Part shown: in pieces, positions 53,948-62,911 of the stretch
How positions within the stretch are numbered: position 1 is the stretch's first letter
How the letters are laid out: each line of letters opens with the position of its first letter
Source of the DNA: Candidatus Micrarchaeota archaeon
Lineage (GTDB): Archaea; Micrarchaeota; Micrarchaeia; Anstonellales; Anstonellaceae
Assembly: GCA_021814005.1 (NCBI GenBank)
Contig: JAKAJC010000003.1
Span: forward strand, 15,934-79,933
DNA length: 64,000 nt
Direction: 5' to 3'
Notes under the pieces: model-generated
What the model was told of the DNA's origin: nothing
Seen by the model: the letters and a program-made list of their open reading frames with translations, nothing else
The model's database searches: none
Position numbers and translations under genes: made by a program

Positions 53948-55012
53948 TTATCGGTATCCGTCAGCAAAATTAGTGTCGCAGCCGCTCTGCGATGCCGGAT
54001 CTGTCAAAATCTGCGGCGTGATAAAGAGCTTGAGATTTCCCACAAACGGCAGGCGTGCAAACACATGCCCGCGGATTTGGTCGAATTTCACGGGCATGTT
54101 GCCTTGTGAAGTCGAATAATCATAGGCCTGCAAATCAAAGATGGGGTTGTTGTCCCCCTTGGTGAGGTAAATGGTTGTGCCATCCGCCCCTTTCACAGCC
54201 AGCCGAACGCGGTGCACAATGTCTCCCACGCGCGCATAAAGCTCGCCGCTCTTTGGCCCGTAAACAATGAGCTCATAGGACGGGTCATATGCAATCGGTT
54301 TTCCTTCAAACGAGGTGCCGACCACGCAAATTGTCTGGACCGGCGTGCCGCTGCCGTCCGCCTTCACGCGCGGGCAGGCGCCGTAAGTGAATTTAATCGG
54401 GCCGTGAGTCTCGCTAAACGCGCCCGGCTGCTGCAAAAACACCTGGCAGCGGCCGTCTTTTCCGCCAATAGAGCGGTCATATGAGCAGTAGGCCAGAAGC
54501 GAGCCGTTAATTTCGAATGTGCCGTCAGCGGATGTGATTATGGCGCTCGAATTTATGTCCGACACCGGACCGGCGTAATTTACCTGCAGTGTTTTGATGT
54601 CCCCGCCTTTGAGAAAAACCATATCTCCTCTTTCATAAGCCGGCCGCATGGAGCATGACACAATGGCGTTGATTGGCGTGGGCGTCTGCAGCACCCAGCC
54701 TGAGCCGAACCACACAATGAGCGCAACCAGTATGGCAATAGCCGTATTCTTCAGCTCGTTTTTCAGCCCGCCCTCTTTTGCTCCGGCGTAAAATTCCCAC
54801 ACCACAATAAAGACCATGAGCAGGCCGGCAGTCAGGCCGAAGAGAATGTTTTTGGACAGGATGTAGAACACGAAGAGAAGGAGAAGAACGAAATAATACA
54901 TCGGCACTTCGCCGACAACCGGCAAATTCACCGGGGACGTCAAAGCCAGCACAAGCGGGTGCTCGGCCCAACCCGAACGGGGGGCTGATGGCTTTTTTGC
55001 CGGTTCGCTCAC
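53948..55012 (-). CDS. Signal peptidase I (S26 family, Sec11-like) with an extended C-terminal domain.
   Basis: N-terminal TM helices, then IVSCSMRPAYERGDMVFLKGGD (catalytic Ser box SxSMxP...GD). A long beta-rich extracytoplasmic region follows. Confidence 0.6.
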   Translation of the reverse strand: MSEPAKKPSAPRSGWAEHPLVLALTSPVNLPVVGEVPMYYFVLLLLFVFYILSKNILFGLTAGLLMVFIVVWEFYAGAKEGGLKNELKNTAIAILVALIVWFGSGWVLQTPTPINAIVSCSMRPAYERGDMVFLKGGDIKTLQVNYAGPVSDINSSAIITSADGTFEINGSLLAYCSYDRSIGGKDGRCQVFLQQPGAFSETHGPIKFTYGACPRVKADGSGTPVQTICVVGTSFEGKPIAYDPSYELIVYGPKSGELYARVGDIVHRVRLAVKGADGTTIYLTKGDNNPIFDLQAYDYSTSQGNMPVKFDQIRGHVFARLPFVGNLKLFITPQILTDPASQSGCDTNFADGYR

Positions 55013-55054
55013 ACGAAAACCCCGACAGATAATTTGCCCGCTAAAAGATATTCA

Positions 55055-55342
55055 CTACTTGCTCTTGGGCTTTTTGGCCGATTTCAATCCGTTCTTGAAA
55101 TCCTTGACATTGCTCTTGAGCTCCTTGAGCGCATCCTCGAGCGCGTCAACAACGTTGCCGCTCTTGGTGCGCAGAATCAGCACCGGGCTGCCCACCTGCG
55201 GGTGGTCGCTGCGCACGGCCGCGAACTCGACGTCTTTTTCTGAAATAAGAATTTCGCGCAGGGCGTGGGGGAAGGCGACGTCCTCGTCCTCGAATTCCAG
55301 CTCAAGATAATGGGGCTCGATTGTCTTGACGTTGAGTTTCAT
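55055..55342 (-). CDS. rpoL: DNA-directed RNA polymerase subunit L (Rpo11).
   Basis: MKLNVKTIEPHYLELEFEDEDVAFPHALREILISEKDVEFAAVRSDHP is the Rpb11/RpoL fold signature. 95 aa with a basic tail. Adjacent to csl4. Confidence 0.75.
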   Translation of the reverse strand: MKLNVKTIEPHYLELEFEDEDVAFPHALREILISEKDVEFAAVRSDHPQVGSPVLILRTKSGNVVDALEDALKELKSNVKDFKNGLKSAKKPKSK

Positions 55343-55376
55343 GATTCCACCTCGATAAGCGTTTGTTTTTCTTTTT

Positions 55377-56012
55377 TTAGGAACCGATCAGTCTATAATC
55401 ATCTGCCAGATGGCGGTTTTCGCGCCGGCCGCAGGCCGGGCACTGCAGGAGAGTTTCGCGCTTCTCCAGAGGCGTGCGGCACTCGCTGCAGAACGCCATT
55501 ATGCATCCGCAGTGCGGGTCGTCAGTGGAAATGTGGAATTCTCCGAACTTCTCCTCAACCACTTTGCCGCGGATGATGTCGCCGATGCGGTATTCGTCCC
55601 GCACTTTTTTCACATACCCGCGCTTGATGAACGAGGCGTGAAGCACAACATATCCGCTGGATTTGGGGTAGCGGACAGACGCATGGGCGGCGCCGGGGCC
55701 CTGATTTTTGGCAACCGCGCCTTTTTCCTCGTCTTCCCCCTCCATTACAGCAAGCGCAACGGGTTCGGAAATGTTTTCGATTCTGCCCACAACAAGGGTG
55801 CCGGGCTTGAAGCGCCTGAGCGAGGGCGCGGCCGTAACGCTCAAGGTGTGGTTTTCATCCGTAAGCCTGCCCGCAACCGTCGCGAATATGCGCGCCTCTT
55901 CAACATAGGTGCCTGCGCCGGCCACGAATTCCTCTTCAGTGCCGATTTCCTCGCCGGGAAGCACAAACCGCTGTTCGCTCATTCCAACATCTCCTCTAAG
56001 CAGCAAATACAT
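55377..56012 (-). CDS. csl4: Exosome complex RNA-binding subunit Csl4. Probable start at MSEQRF (about 55982).
   Basis: N-terminal domain, then S1 domain (PGTLVVGRIENI...), then C-terminal Zn ribbon (CGCIMAFCSECRTPL...CPACGRR). Confidence 0.7.
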   Translation of the reverse strand: MYLLLRGDVGMSEQRFVLPGEEIGTEEEFVAGAGTYVEEARIFATVAGRLTDENHTLSVTAAPSLRRFKPGTLVVGRIENISEPVALAVMEGEDEEKGAVAKNQGPGAAHASVRYPKSSGYVVLHASFIKRGYVKKVRDEYRIGDIIRGKVVEEKFGEFHISTDDPHCGCIMAFCSECRTPLEKRETLLQCPACGRRENRHLADDYRLIGS

Positions 56013-56081
56013 TCTATAGTATTACCATCGCATGTTGAATATTTAAATAGGTATAGTCGAAGACCATTTAGGCGAACTCCT

Positions 56082-57317
56082 ATGCAAGCAAAGCCAAAAC
56101 TCGTGCTCTGCGTCGACCGCGACAATGACCTCTACGAGAAGGCAGGCATCTCCGGCCCCATCATCGGCCGCGACGCCAATCTGGACGCCGCCATCAAGCT
56201 CGGCCTTGCCGACCCCGGCGAGACAGACACCAACGCCATTCTCAAGGCCATTTCCCTTCACGACCAGCTGTCCAAGACGCATTCGGTCCAGATTGCAACC
56301 CTCACAGGCTCGGCCAAGCTGGGCTATGCGGCCGACGAGGCAATTTCGCAGCAGCTGGACCGCCTGCTCGAGCAGTTCCCCACAGATTCCTGCGTTTTTG
56401 TTTCCGACGGCGCGTCTGATGAAACCCTGTTGCCGATTATCCAGTCCCGCCTCAAAATCGACGCCGTGGAAGTAGTCACAATGAAGCAGGCCAAAGAGCT
56501 TGAGAAAACCTATTTCGTGATTTTGGAAAAGCTGCGCGAGCCCTATTACGCGCGCCTGATATTCGGAATTCCGGCCATTTTGGGAATTCTTTTCGTGGTG
56601 AGCGCGGTTCTGCACTGGGCATGGTATGTGCCAGTGGCCATCATCTCGGCCTATCTCCTGCTCAAGGCGTTCGGCATAGAGGAGGCCATCAGCCGCGCAC
56701 TTTCCTCGTTCAATTTCTCTGTTGAGAAAATTTCGCTTGTTGTCTATCTCTCGGCCGTGCCCCTTATCGCCATCGCGTTCTGGTCAGGCTATGTTGTTCT
56801 TCTCTCGGCTTCGGAAACATTCACCAGCCCAGCCAAAATCGCGGCCGCGGCCGCGCGCAGCGTGATGGGGCTTCTGCTCTGGCCTATCCTGCTGCTTCTC
56901 ACAGGCCGCGTGATGGACCTTGTGGCTGAGAAGCGCAAAGTTGAAATTTTCAGATATGGCCTTTACGCCGTTTCCACAGTTCTCTTCTGGCTTGTCTTCT
57001 GGACCGGCGCGGTGTGGATTGTCAACGACACGCCGCCCTATGTCTCGTTCGGGGATTTTGCGGTGGTAATCATCGCGGCCGTCATCATGGGCTATGTCTC
57101 CATCACCAGCCTGCGCCAAATCAAGCGCAACGTGCTTCTGGGCCTCAAGCTTGAGAGCAAGGAAGTGCTTGGCGCGGCCGGCAACTATGTCGGCAAGGTG
57201 ATGGGCGTGGACGTCAAAGAGGGCGCGCTGGCGGTGAAAAGCCCGCTGGGGCAGAAGATGATGATTTCAATGCAGGATGTCGAGCGCGTGGGCGAGAAAA
57301 TCGTGCTGTCGGTATAG
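56082..57317 (+). CDS. Archaeal membrane protein, DUF373-like (N-terminal soluble domain plus about 7 TM). Start set at ATG 56082; the upstream part of the track ORF is antisense to csl4.
   Basis: KLVLCVDRDNDLYEKAGISGPIIGRDANLDAAIKLGLADPGETDTNAILKAI, followed by multiple TM helices. The family call comes from pattern memory only. Confidence 0.55.
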   Translation: MQAKPKLVLCVDRDNDLYEKAGISGPIIGRDANLDAAIKLGLADPGETDTNAILKAISLHDQLSKTHSVQIATLTGSAKLGYAADEAISQQLDRLLEQFPTDSCVFVSDGASDETLLPIIQSRLKIDAVEVVTMKQAKELEKTYFVILEKLREPYYARLIFGIPAILGILFVVSAVLHWAWYVPVAIISAYLLLKAFGIEEAISRALSSFNFSVEKISLVVYLSAVPLIAIAFWSGYVVLLSASETFTSPAKIAAAAARSVMGLLLWPILLLLTGRVMDLVAEKRKVEIFRYGLYAVSTVLFWLVFWTGAVWIVNDTPPYVSFGDFAVVIIAAVIMGYVSITSLRQIKRNVLLGLKLESKEVLGAAGNYVGKVMGVDVKEGALAVKSPLGQKMMISMQDVERVGEKIVLSV

Positions 57318-57356
57318 AAAATCAAAAGAAGAAATAAAGAAAAATAATATTCGGGC

Positions 57357-59546
57357 TTACTTCTTTCCGCGCTTCTTCGCCTTCTTTCCCTCGTCGCGCT
57401 GCGCCCTCTTGTACCCGTCCTCTATTTCGCGGATAAGCACCCTCTTTCTCGGCCCGTCGGACAGGGCATGGCGCAGCACATCCACGATGTTGCCGACAGG
57501 CGTAATCTTGATTTTGTCGCGCTCGCCCTTGGGCAGGTAGATGTCCTCAACATTCTTGCGGGGCATCAGCACCTCTTTCACGCCAGACTCGATTGCAGCC
57601 TCTGTCTTGGCGGTTGCGCCGCCGATGGGCAGCACGTCGCCGCGCACAGACAGCGAGCCTGTCATGGCCAAATCCTGGCGTATAGGGATGTTTTCCATGG
57701 CCGAGAGCACGGCCAGCGCAATAGAAATGGAGGCCGAATCTCCCTCAACTCCCTCATATGTTTGAAGGAACTGCACGTGAATATCAAACGAACTCACGTC
57801 GCGGCCCATGTGTTTTTTGATAATCGCCGAAACGTTTTCCACCGCTTCGCGGGCAATCGAGCCGAGCTTGCCTGTTGCAATAATCTTGCCCTCGTTCTTG
57901 CTGGCTGCGGGCGTAACCTCGGCAACAATAGGCATCACAAGGCCTGAACTGCCGTCGCCCAGCACTGCAAGTCCGTTCACCTTGCCTACATTCAATCCCG
58001 AAGTCGAAAACACTTCGTAATCTTTTTTGTATTCTATGTAGTGCGAGCTCATCTGCTGCTCCATTGTGCGCGCAATAACGCGTCCGCGGCGCACGTGGTC
58101 TGCATCAACAAGCGCCGCGCCCTCTTCGCGCGCCAAATCTCCGGCGGCGCGCACAAGGCCTCCCAGCTCGCGCAAATTCAGCGTGAGGCGCTTCTTGCGC
58201 CCCGATTTCTTGCGCGCATCATTGATTATTTCCACGACCGCGTCGTGGTTGAAGTGCGGGATTTTGCCGTCTTTGACAACCTCCTGCGCCACGAACTGCA
58301 CGAGTTTGTCCTCGTTCTCGGTCGTGTCCGGCATGGAGTCCTCCATATACACTTCGTAGCCCGCGCCGCGGATGCGGCTGCGCAAAGCCGGATGGACTCC
58401 TTTGACATCAATCATGTTGCCAGCGGCCACAAGCACGAAATCGCATGGAACAGCCTCGGTTTTCACCATGGCGCCGGACGACAGCTCGGACTGGCCTGTA
58501 ATTGCGTATTTCTTTTCCTGCATTGCGGTGAGAAGCTCCTGCTGCCATCTGTATTTCAGCGAGGCCATCTCGTCGATAAACAGCACGCCCTTGTTGGCGC
58601 GGTGAATGGCGCCGGCCTCAACCCGCAAATGCGCAGGCGTGCCCAATCCGCCCGACTGCAGCGGGTCGTGTTTGACATCGCCCAAAAGCGCGCCCGCCTT
58701 GTTGCCGGTCGCATCGATAAAGGGCGCGTTGTGGCGGCCCGAATTGTCGATAATGAGTTTCGGCACAACATTGTCTGTGTTCATCATGCCCATGCGCGCG
58801 CCCACATTGTTGGTGAAGCGCCACAAGAGAAAGAGTATGCCCACGCCCAAAAGCGTTGCCAGCACAAACCATTTGTTTTCGCTGCTCAGCTGCCCTGTTG
58901 CGTAGAGAAATACGATAACAATCATGAGGCCGAGCAGGAAAAGCACTCCGCCCGACGGCCCGCGTGTTCCGGGGAGCGTCGGCCTCCCGCGCATGCCCTG
59001 CACAAGCAGCCGGCCTGCGCCCACTGCGTTGGGGCCCTTGTCTTTTTCATCGGCAGCAAACTGGCCGGTCGCTTCATTGGGTTCAAATCCTGCGGCCTGA
59101 TTTTGCGCGCTCATCATGTCATATGGGTTTGCCGCCGGCTTTGTTGAATGGACGGCGCCCTTTGCGTGCGCTGCGTGTGTTCTTTCTTTTTCCATCATTT
59201 TTCTGGCCGCATGCAGCGCCTCAAGGCGGGGAAGAAGCGGCGCGAGAATGGAATTCTTTTTTGCCTCGGTAATTGTCGGGTAAGTCGGAACCACGATGAC
59301 CTGCGGGTGGCTCTCCTCGTTGGGATTGGGGCGCACCAAAACATCTTCGAGCGCGGCCGCCGGCATCAGCTCGGCCATGGCCTGTGCCAGCATGGATTTT
59401 CCCGTGCCGGGCGTGCCGACCATGAGCACGTGGCGGCGCTGTTTTGCCGCCTTCTTGATAATGCGCACGGCGTTGTCCTGCCCGATGACCTGGTCTACGA
59501 GAGATTTGGGCACCGGTATCTCGGCTGTGGATTTGAAAGAGCGCAT
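57357..59546 (-). CDS. lonB: Archaeal membrane-bound Lon protease (LonB).
   Basis: AAA+ Walker [13 protein letters not shown]. Two TM helices inserted in the ATPase domain ([29 protein letters not shown]). C-terminal protease domain with the Ser-Lys dyad ([19 protein letters not shown]). Confidence 0.9.
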   Translation of the reverse strand: MRSFKSTAEIPVPKSLVDQVIGQDNAVRIIKKAAKQRRHVLMVGTPGTGKSMLAQAMAELMPAAALEDVLVRPNPNEESHPQVIVVPTYPTITEAKKNSILAPLLPRLEALHAARKMMEKERTHAAHAKGAVHSTKPAANPYDMMSAQNQAAGFEPNEATGQFAADEKDKGPNAVGAGRLLVQGMRGRPTLPGTRGPSGGVLFLLGLMIVIVFLYATGQLSSENKWFVLATLLGVGILFLLWRFTNNVGARMGMMNTDNVVPKLIIDNSGRHNAPFIDATGNKAGALLGDVKHDPLQSGGLGTPAHLRVEAGAIHRANKGVLFIDEMASLKYRWQQELLTAMQEKKYAITGQSELSSGAMVKTEAVPCDFVLVAAGNMIDVKGVHPALRSRIRGAGYEVYMEDSMPDTTENEDKLVQFVAQEVVKDGKIPHFNHDAVVEIINDARKKSGRKKRLTLNLRELGGLVRAAGDLAREEGAALVDADHVRRGRVIARTMEQQMSSHYIEYKKDYEVFSTSGLNVGKVNGLAVLGDGSSGLVMPIVAEVTPAASKNEGKIIATGKLGSIAREAVENVSAIIKKHMGRDVSSFDIHVQFLQTYEGVEGDSASISIALAVLSAMENIPIRQDLAMTGSLSVRGDVLPIGGATAKTEAAIESGVKEVLMPRKNVEDIYLPKGERDKIKITPVGNIVDVLRHALSDGPRKRVLIREIEDGYKRAQRDEGKKAKKRGKK

Positions 59547-59609
59547 AAGGTTCTCCCTCCCGAGAGAAAATATGATGGATGAAAAACGGCGGGGGGATTA
59601 ATAAAGATA

Positions 59610-59656
59610 GGCAGATGGGACGGAAACAAGGCAGATTGGACGGCAGAGAGGACGGA
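59610..59656. promoter_or_regulatory. Three imperfect direct repeats GGCAGAtGGGACGG / GGCAGATTGGACGG / GCAGAGAGGACGG in the divergent promoter region between lonB and the small ORF 59673.
   Basis: Read directly. Spacing about 20 and 14 bp. A TATA-like ataaagata lies just upstream (59601-59609). Confidence 0.45.
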
Positions 59657-59672
59657 AAACGGGGTTGAGCAT

Positions 59673-59945
59673 ATGACAACCAACGGCGAAATAATGAAAT
59701 TGTGGGGCAGTTTGCCAAAAAGCATAACTCAGGACGAGGCCATTGTCCAATTCTACCGCGCGGCAGAGGCCGCCGGCAGGCAGCAGGCAATCTCCGCAGT
59801 CGAGGCAGAACTTCTGTCAGACTCAACAATCGAAACCGCCCTCTCGTCTTTTGGTTTGGGGCGAAAAAAGAAAGCCAGCACCATAACAACAAGGGCCGTA
59901 ATGAGAGAGGCGTTGCGTATTGCGAAGGAAAAGGCGGAAAAGTAA
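59673..59945 (+). CDS. Small hypothetical protein (90 aa).
   Basis: ORF track. ATG preceded by the repeat-bearing promoter region. Two strong hairpins follow. Confidence 0.45.
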   Translation: MTTNGEIMKLWGSLPKSITQDEAIVQFYRAAEAAGRQQAISAVEAELLSDSTIETALSSFGLGRKKKASTITTRAVMREALRIAKEKAEK

Positions 59946-60401
59946 CTCAGAAAACGGCAAAATAATTCATAGGGGGAGGGTCAGGAAGACCCTCAAACTG
60001 GGGAGGGGGACGAAAATCGTTCTGGTGTTCCCCCTCCGCGGTTCGGTGTGTGGGAGGATGGGCCTCATCGCTGTTCGCTCTGCCCTATTCTAGTATTATA
60101 TGTCAGCAGCCGCCTCTTCCCAAACTACGCGCTGCTCGTCCGGCACTGCGCACAAAAATGTGTGCCCGCCGACCGTTGTCAGATAGGCGCCCAGCCTCGC
60201 CGTCGAGAGCATGCGCGTCACCGTGCTGACCTGTTCAAGCGTCATATCCGCAATCTCCATGTACATAACAAATCACCCGTGCTAGAACTGACGTGGGGGA
60301 GAACTATACTCGCTTCGGGAGGGTAACTTTCCGCTGGTTTTTGTCATTGCGCCATGCAATTTACACAATCCATTTTATACTCCAATTAACAATATTTTCA
60401 C

Positions 60402-60875
60402 ATGGCGCTGTCCCGCTCTTCATTCTTATCCGCCTTGCCCCGTCCAAAAAATCCACTGCTGGGTTTTACCGAGCATGACGGCGTGCGCTATGCAGTAGTG
60501 CGGAGTTTCAAACAGGAGAGGACCGGAACCATCACCCATCTCGAGGTCATTGCCAGAATAATTCGGGGTGGCAAGCCGCAGGCCCGAACGCCCAAGAGCG
60601 AGAGAGCGGACCCGCTGGCCGGCGAAAAAGTGCTTATTCATTTTCCGGTCGAGCGCGGGAACGCAGTCTCGGCCTGGTATATACTCGAGCCGCATGGGGC
60701 AAACCAGTTTCTCCCCGCCTATATCTATTACGCTGTCGAGATTCTCAAGCCCGAGGAGGCGGCGCAGGTGGCGCAGGCCATCATCTCATCCCAGCCTTTC
60801 TATCGGCACGACAAGGTTCTGCCATTCCGTGCTTTCCCAAACAAAGATGTTCAGACAGAGCAGGCTTCCCTCTAA
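60402..60875 (+). CDS. Hypothetical protein (157 aa).
   Basis: ORF track. TATA-like ccattttatactcc about 40 nt upstream. No motif recognized. Confidence 0.5.
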   Translation: MALSRSSFLSALPRPKNPLLGFTEHDGVRYAVVRSFKQERTGTITHLEVIARIIRGGKPQARTPKSERADPLAGEKVLIHFPVERGNAVSAWYILEPHGANQFLPAYIYYAVEILKPEEAAQVAQAIISSQPFYRHDKVLPFRAFPNKDVQTEQASL

Positions 60876-60984
60876 ATGTCAGAGCAGGCTTCCCTCTGAG
60901 CGGGGCGGGCTTCTCCCGTAAGCGGGCCTCTCCAAGGCTGGTTTGGAGCCTTTTCGGCCCCCCGCCCACGCAGCTTTTTAAATT

Positions 60985-61010
60985 CTTGTATTTACTTAAA
61001 TAGCCTACAG
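60985..61010 (+). promoter_or_regulatory. Archaeal promoter (BRE/TATA tttacttaaata) for the rpoH-rpoB operon.
   Basis: aaattcttgtatTTACTTAAATAgcc lies about 40-50 nt upstream of the rpoH TTG start. Confidence 0.45.
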
Positions 61011-61042
61011 AAAGCCCTACCCTTAGGACTAGCGGTGTTGTT

Positions 61043-61294
61043 TTGGCCAAAAAGAAAGAGATTTCAACCGAGAAAATAACCCACGAGTTGGTCCCCCAGC
61101 ACATTTTGCTCAGCGGTGAGCAGAAGGCGGCGGTGCTCAAGAAATTCGGAGTGGGCGACAACCAGCTGCCCCGCATTCTCGACTCCGACCCGGCGTTGCG
61201 CGGACTTGATGCCAAGGCCGGCGACCTCGTGCAAATCAAGCGCAAAGACCTCTCCGGCGAGTACAACCACTACCGGATGGTCGTCGAAGATTAG
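61043..61294 (+). CDS. rpoH: DNA-directed RNA polymerase subunit H (Rpo5). TTG start.
   Basis: HELVPQHILLSGEQKAAVLKKFGVGDNQLPRILDSDPALRGLDAKAGDLVQIKRKDLSGEYNHYRMVV is the canonical RpoH/Rpb5 C-terminal-domain sequence. Followed by rpoB. Confidence 0.85.
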   Translation: MAKKKEISTEKITHELVPQHILLSGEQKAAVLKKFGVGDNQLPRILDSDPALRGLDAKAGDLVQIKRKDLSGEYNHYRMVVED

Positions 61295-61420
61295 ATTTCG
61301 AACGCATACTCAACTGCACAGGGAGGGGAAGCCCTCGCCTCCCGTTCAGAAAAAAAATAATTGGGCCGCCCGAATGGGAAATTCAAAGCCGGTTGCATCC
61401 GGCTTCTATGTGGTGAATCC

Positions 61421-62887
61421 ATGACAAAAGAACTCCTTCCGGCGTATTTCAAAGAAAACAGCCTGGTGAAACAGCACCTTGACTCCTACAACAAATTCGT
61501 GGACTTCGGCATGCAGCGCATCGTCGACCGCGTGGGCATCATCCGCCCGTCCATCGAGGGGTTCGAGCTTCATTTGGGCCGCGTGCGCCTTGACAAACCC
61601 AAAGTTATCGAGGCCGACGGTTCCGAGCGCACCATTCTTCCATCAGAGGCGCGCAGCCGCAATCTCACATATGCCTCCCCCGTCTTCTTGGAAATCATTC
61701 CCGTCTACAACGGCGTGGAAAAGAAAATGTTTTCTGAAGTTTATATCGGCGAAATGCCGGTCATGATAAAATCCAAGCTCTGCCACCTCGACAACATGAG
61801 CGAGGAGGAGCTGATTGCCGCCGGCGAGGATTCTGCCGACCCGGGCGGTTATTTCATCATCAACGGTTCCGAGCGCGCGCTCGTCTCGATTGAGGACCTT
61901 GCGCCCAACCGCCTGATGTGTACATTCGAAAAAGACAACAAGCTTGTCACATGCAAAGTTTTCTCCACACGCTTCGGCTTCAGGGCCCGCTCGGTGGTGG
62001 AACGCACCAACGAGGGCATGCTGCACTGCGTCTTCCCGGCCGCGCCCAAAGACCTTTCGCTCATTTCAGTTGTGCGCGCCCTCGGCCTCGAAAAAACCGA
62101 GGAAATAATGGCCGCATTCTCCAACGACGTCAACATCATCAACGATTTGCTGCTCAACTTCGAGGTGGATGTCACCAAGAAGCAGGCCGACGCCCTCGAC
62201 TTCGTGGGCAAGAAGGCCGCGCCGGGCCAGACCGAGGAATACCGCGTCAAGCGCGCCGAGGTTCTGCTCGACACCTACCTCCTGCCCCACATCGGCACCG
62301 AGGCAGCCGACCGCCGCTCCAAGGCCCTCTACCTCTGCAAAATGGCCGAGCGCGCGATTCTTGTTGCATACAAGCGCATTCCGGCCGACGACAAGGACCA
62401 CTATGCCAACAAGCGCATCAAACTCGCCGGAGATTTGATGGATGAATTGTTCCGCTATGCATTCCAGTTCCTTGTCAAGGACGTTGCATATCAGGCCAGC
62501 CGCGCTGACGCAAGAGGAAGACGCCTCGCCGCACAAACACTCGTGCGCCCGGACGCATTGTCCGACCGCATCCGCTATTCGATGGCAACAGGCAACTGGA
62601 TTGCCGGCCAGACTGGTGTAAGCCAGTTGCTGGACAGGACGAGCTATCTCTCCTCAATGTCACATTTGCGCCGCGTGATTTCTCCGCTTTCGCGCAAGCA
62701 CCCGCACTTCAAGGCGCGCGACTTGCACGGCACGCACTGGGGCAAACTCTGCCCCAACGAGTCGCCCGAAGGGCCGTCATGCGCCCTTGTGAAAAACCTC
62801 GCGCTTTTCTGCGAGGTTTCAGTCGGCGACAACGAGGAAGAGATGGAACAGGTGCTGCTCAAGATGGGCATGCGCCCGACTCAATAG
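61421..62887 (+). CDS. rpoB2: DNA-directed RNA polymerase subunit B'' (Rpo2 N-terminal portion of the split rpoB). Start placed at MTKELLPAYF.
   Basis: LVKQHLDSYNKFVDFGMQRIVD, ARSRNLTYASPVFLEI, ELIAAGEDSADPGGYFIINGSERALVS are conserved Rpo2 N-terminal blocks. Ends with a stop 24 nt before rpoB'. Confidence 0.9.
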   Translation: MTKELLPAYFKENSLVKQHLDSYNKFVDFGMQRIVDRVGIIRPSIEGFELHLGRVRLDKPKVIEADGSERTILPSEARSRNLTYASPVFLEIIPVYNGVEKKMFSEVYIGEMPVMIKSKLCHLDNMSEEELIAAGEDSADPGGYFIINGSERALVSIEDLAPNRLMCTFEKDNKLVTCKVFSTRFGFRARSVVERTNEGMLHCVFPAAPKDLSLISVVRALGLEKTEEIMAAFSNDVNIINDLLLNFEVDVTKKQADALDFVGKKAAPGQTEEYRVKRAEVLLDTYLLPHIGTEAADRRSKALYLCKMAERAILVAYKRIPADDKDHYANKRIKLAGDLMDELFRYAFQFLVKDVAYQASRADARGRRLAAQTLVRPDALSDRIRYSMATGNWIAGQTGVSQLLDRTSYLSSMSHLRRVISPLSRKHPHFKARDLHGTHWGKLCPNESPEGPSCALVKNLALFCEVSVGDNEEEMEQVLLKMGMRPTQ

Positions 62888-62911
62888 ATTACATTGCTTT
62901 AGGGGATGACT

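Noticed and set aside
55410-56081. N-terminal extension of the 635-aa plus-strand ORF
   Set aside because: Overlaps csl4 on the opposite strand. The conserved membrane-protein sequence begins at the in-frame ATG 56082.
58041-59147. 368-aa plus-strand ORF
   Set aside because: Antisense to lonB. Arg/His/Ala-rich artifact composition.
59946-60401. Possible SRP RNA or RNase P RNA in the long non-coding gap
   Set aside because: Looked for hallmark motifs (SRP helix-8 GGAA..AGCAGC symmetric loop context, RNase P GGAAAGUCCGGGC and related). None convincingly present. Retained only as an unclassified structured element.
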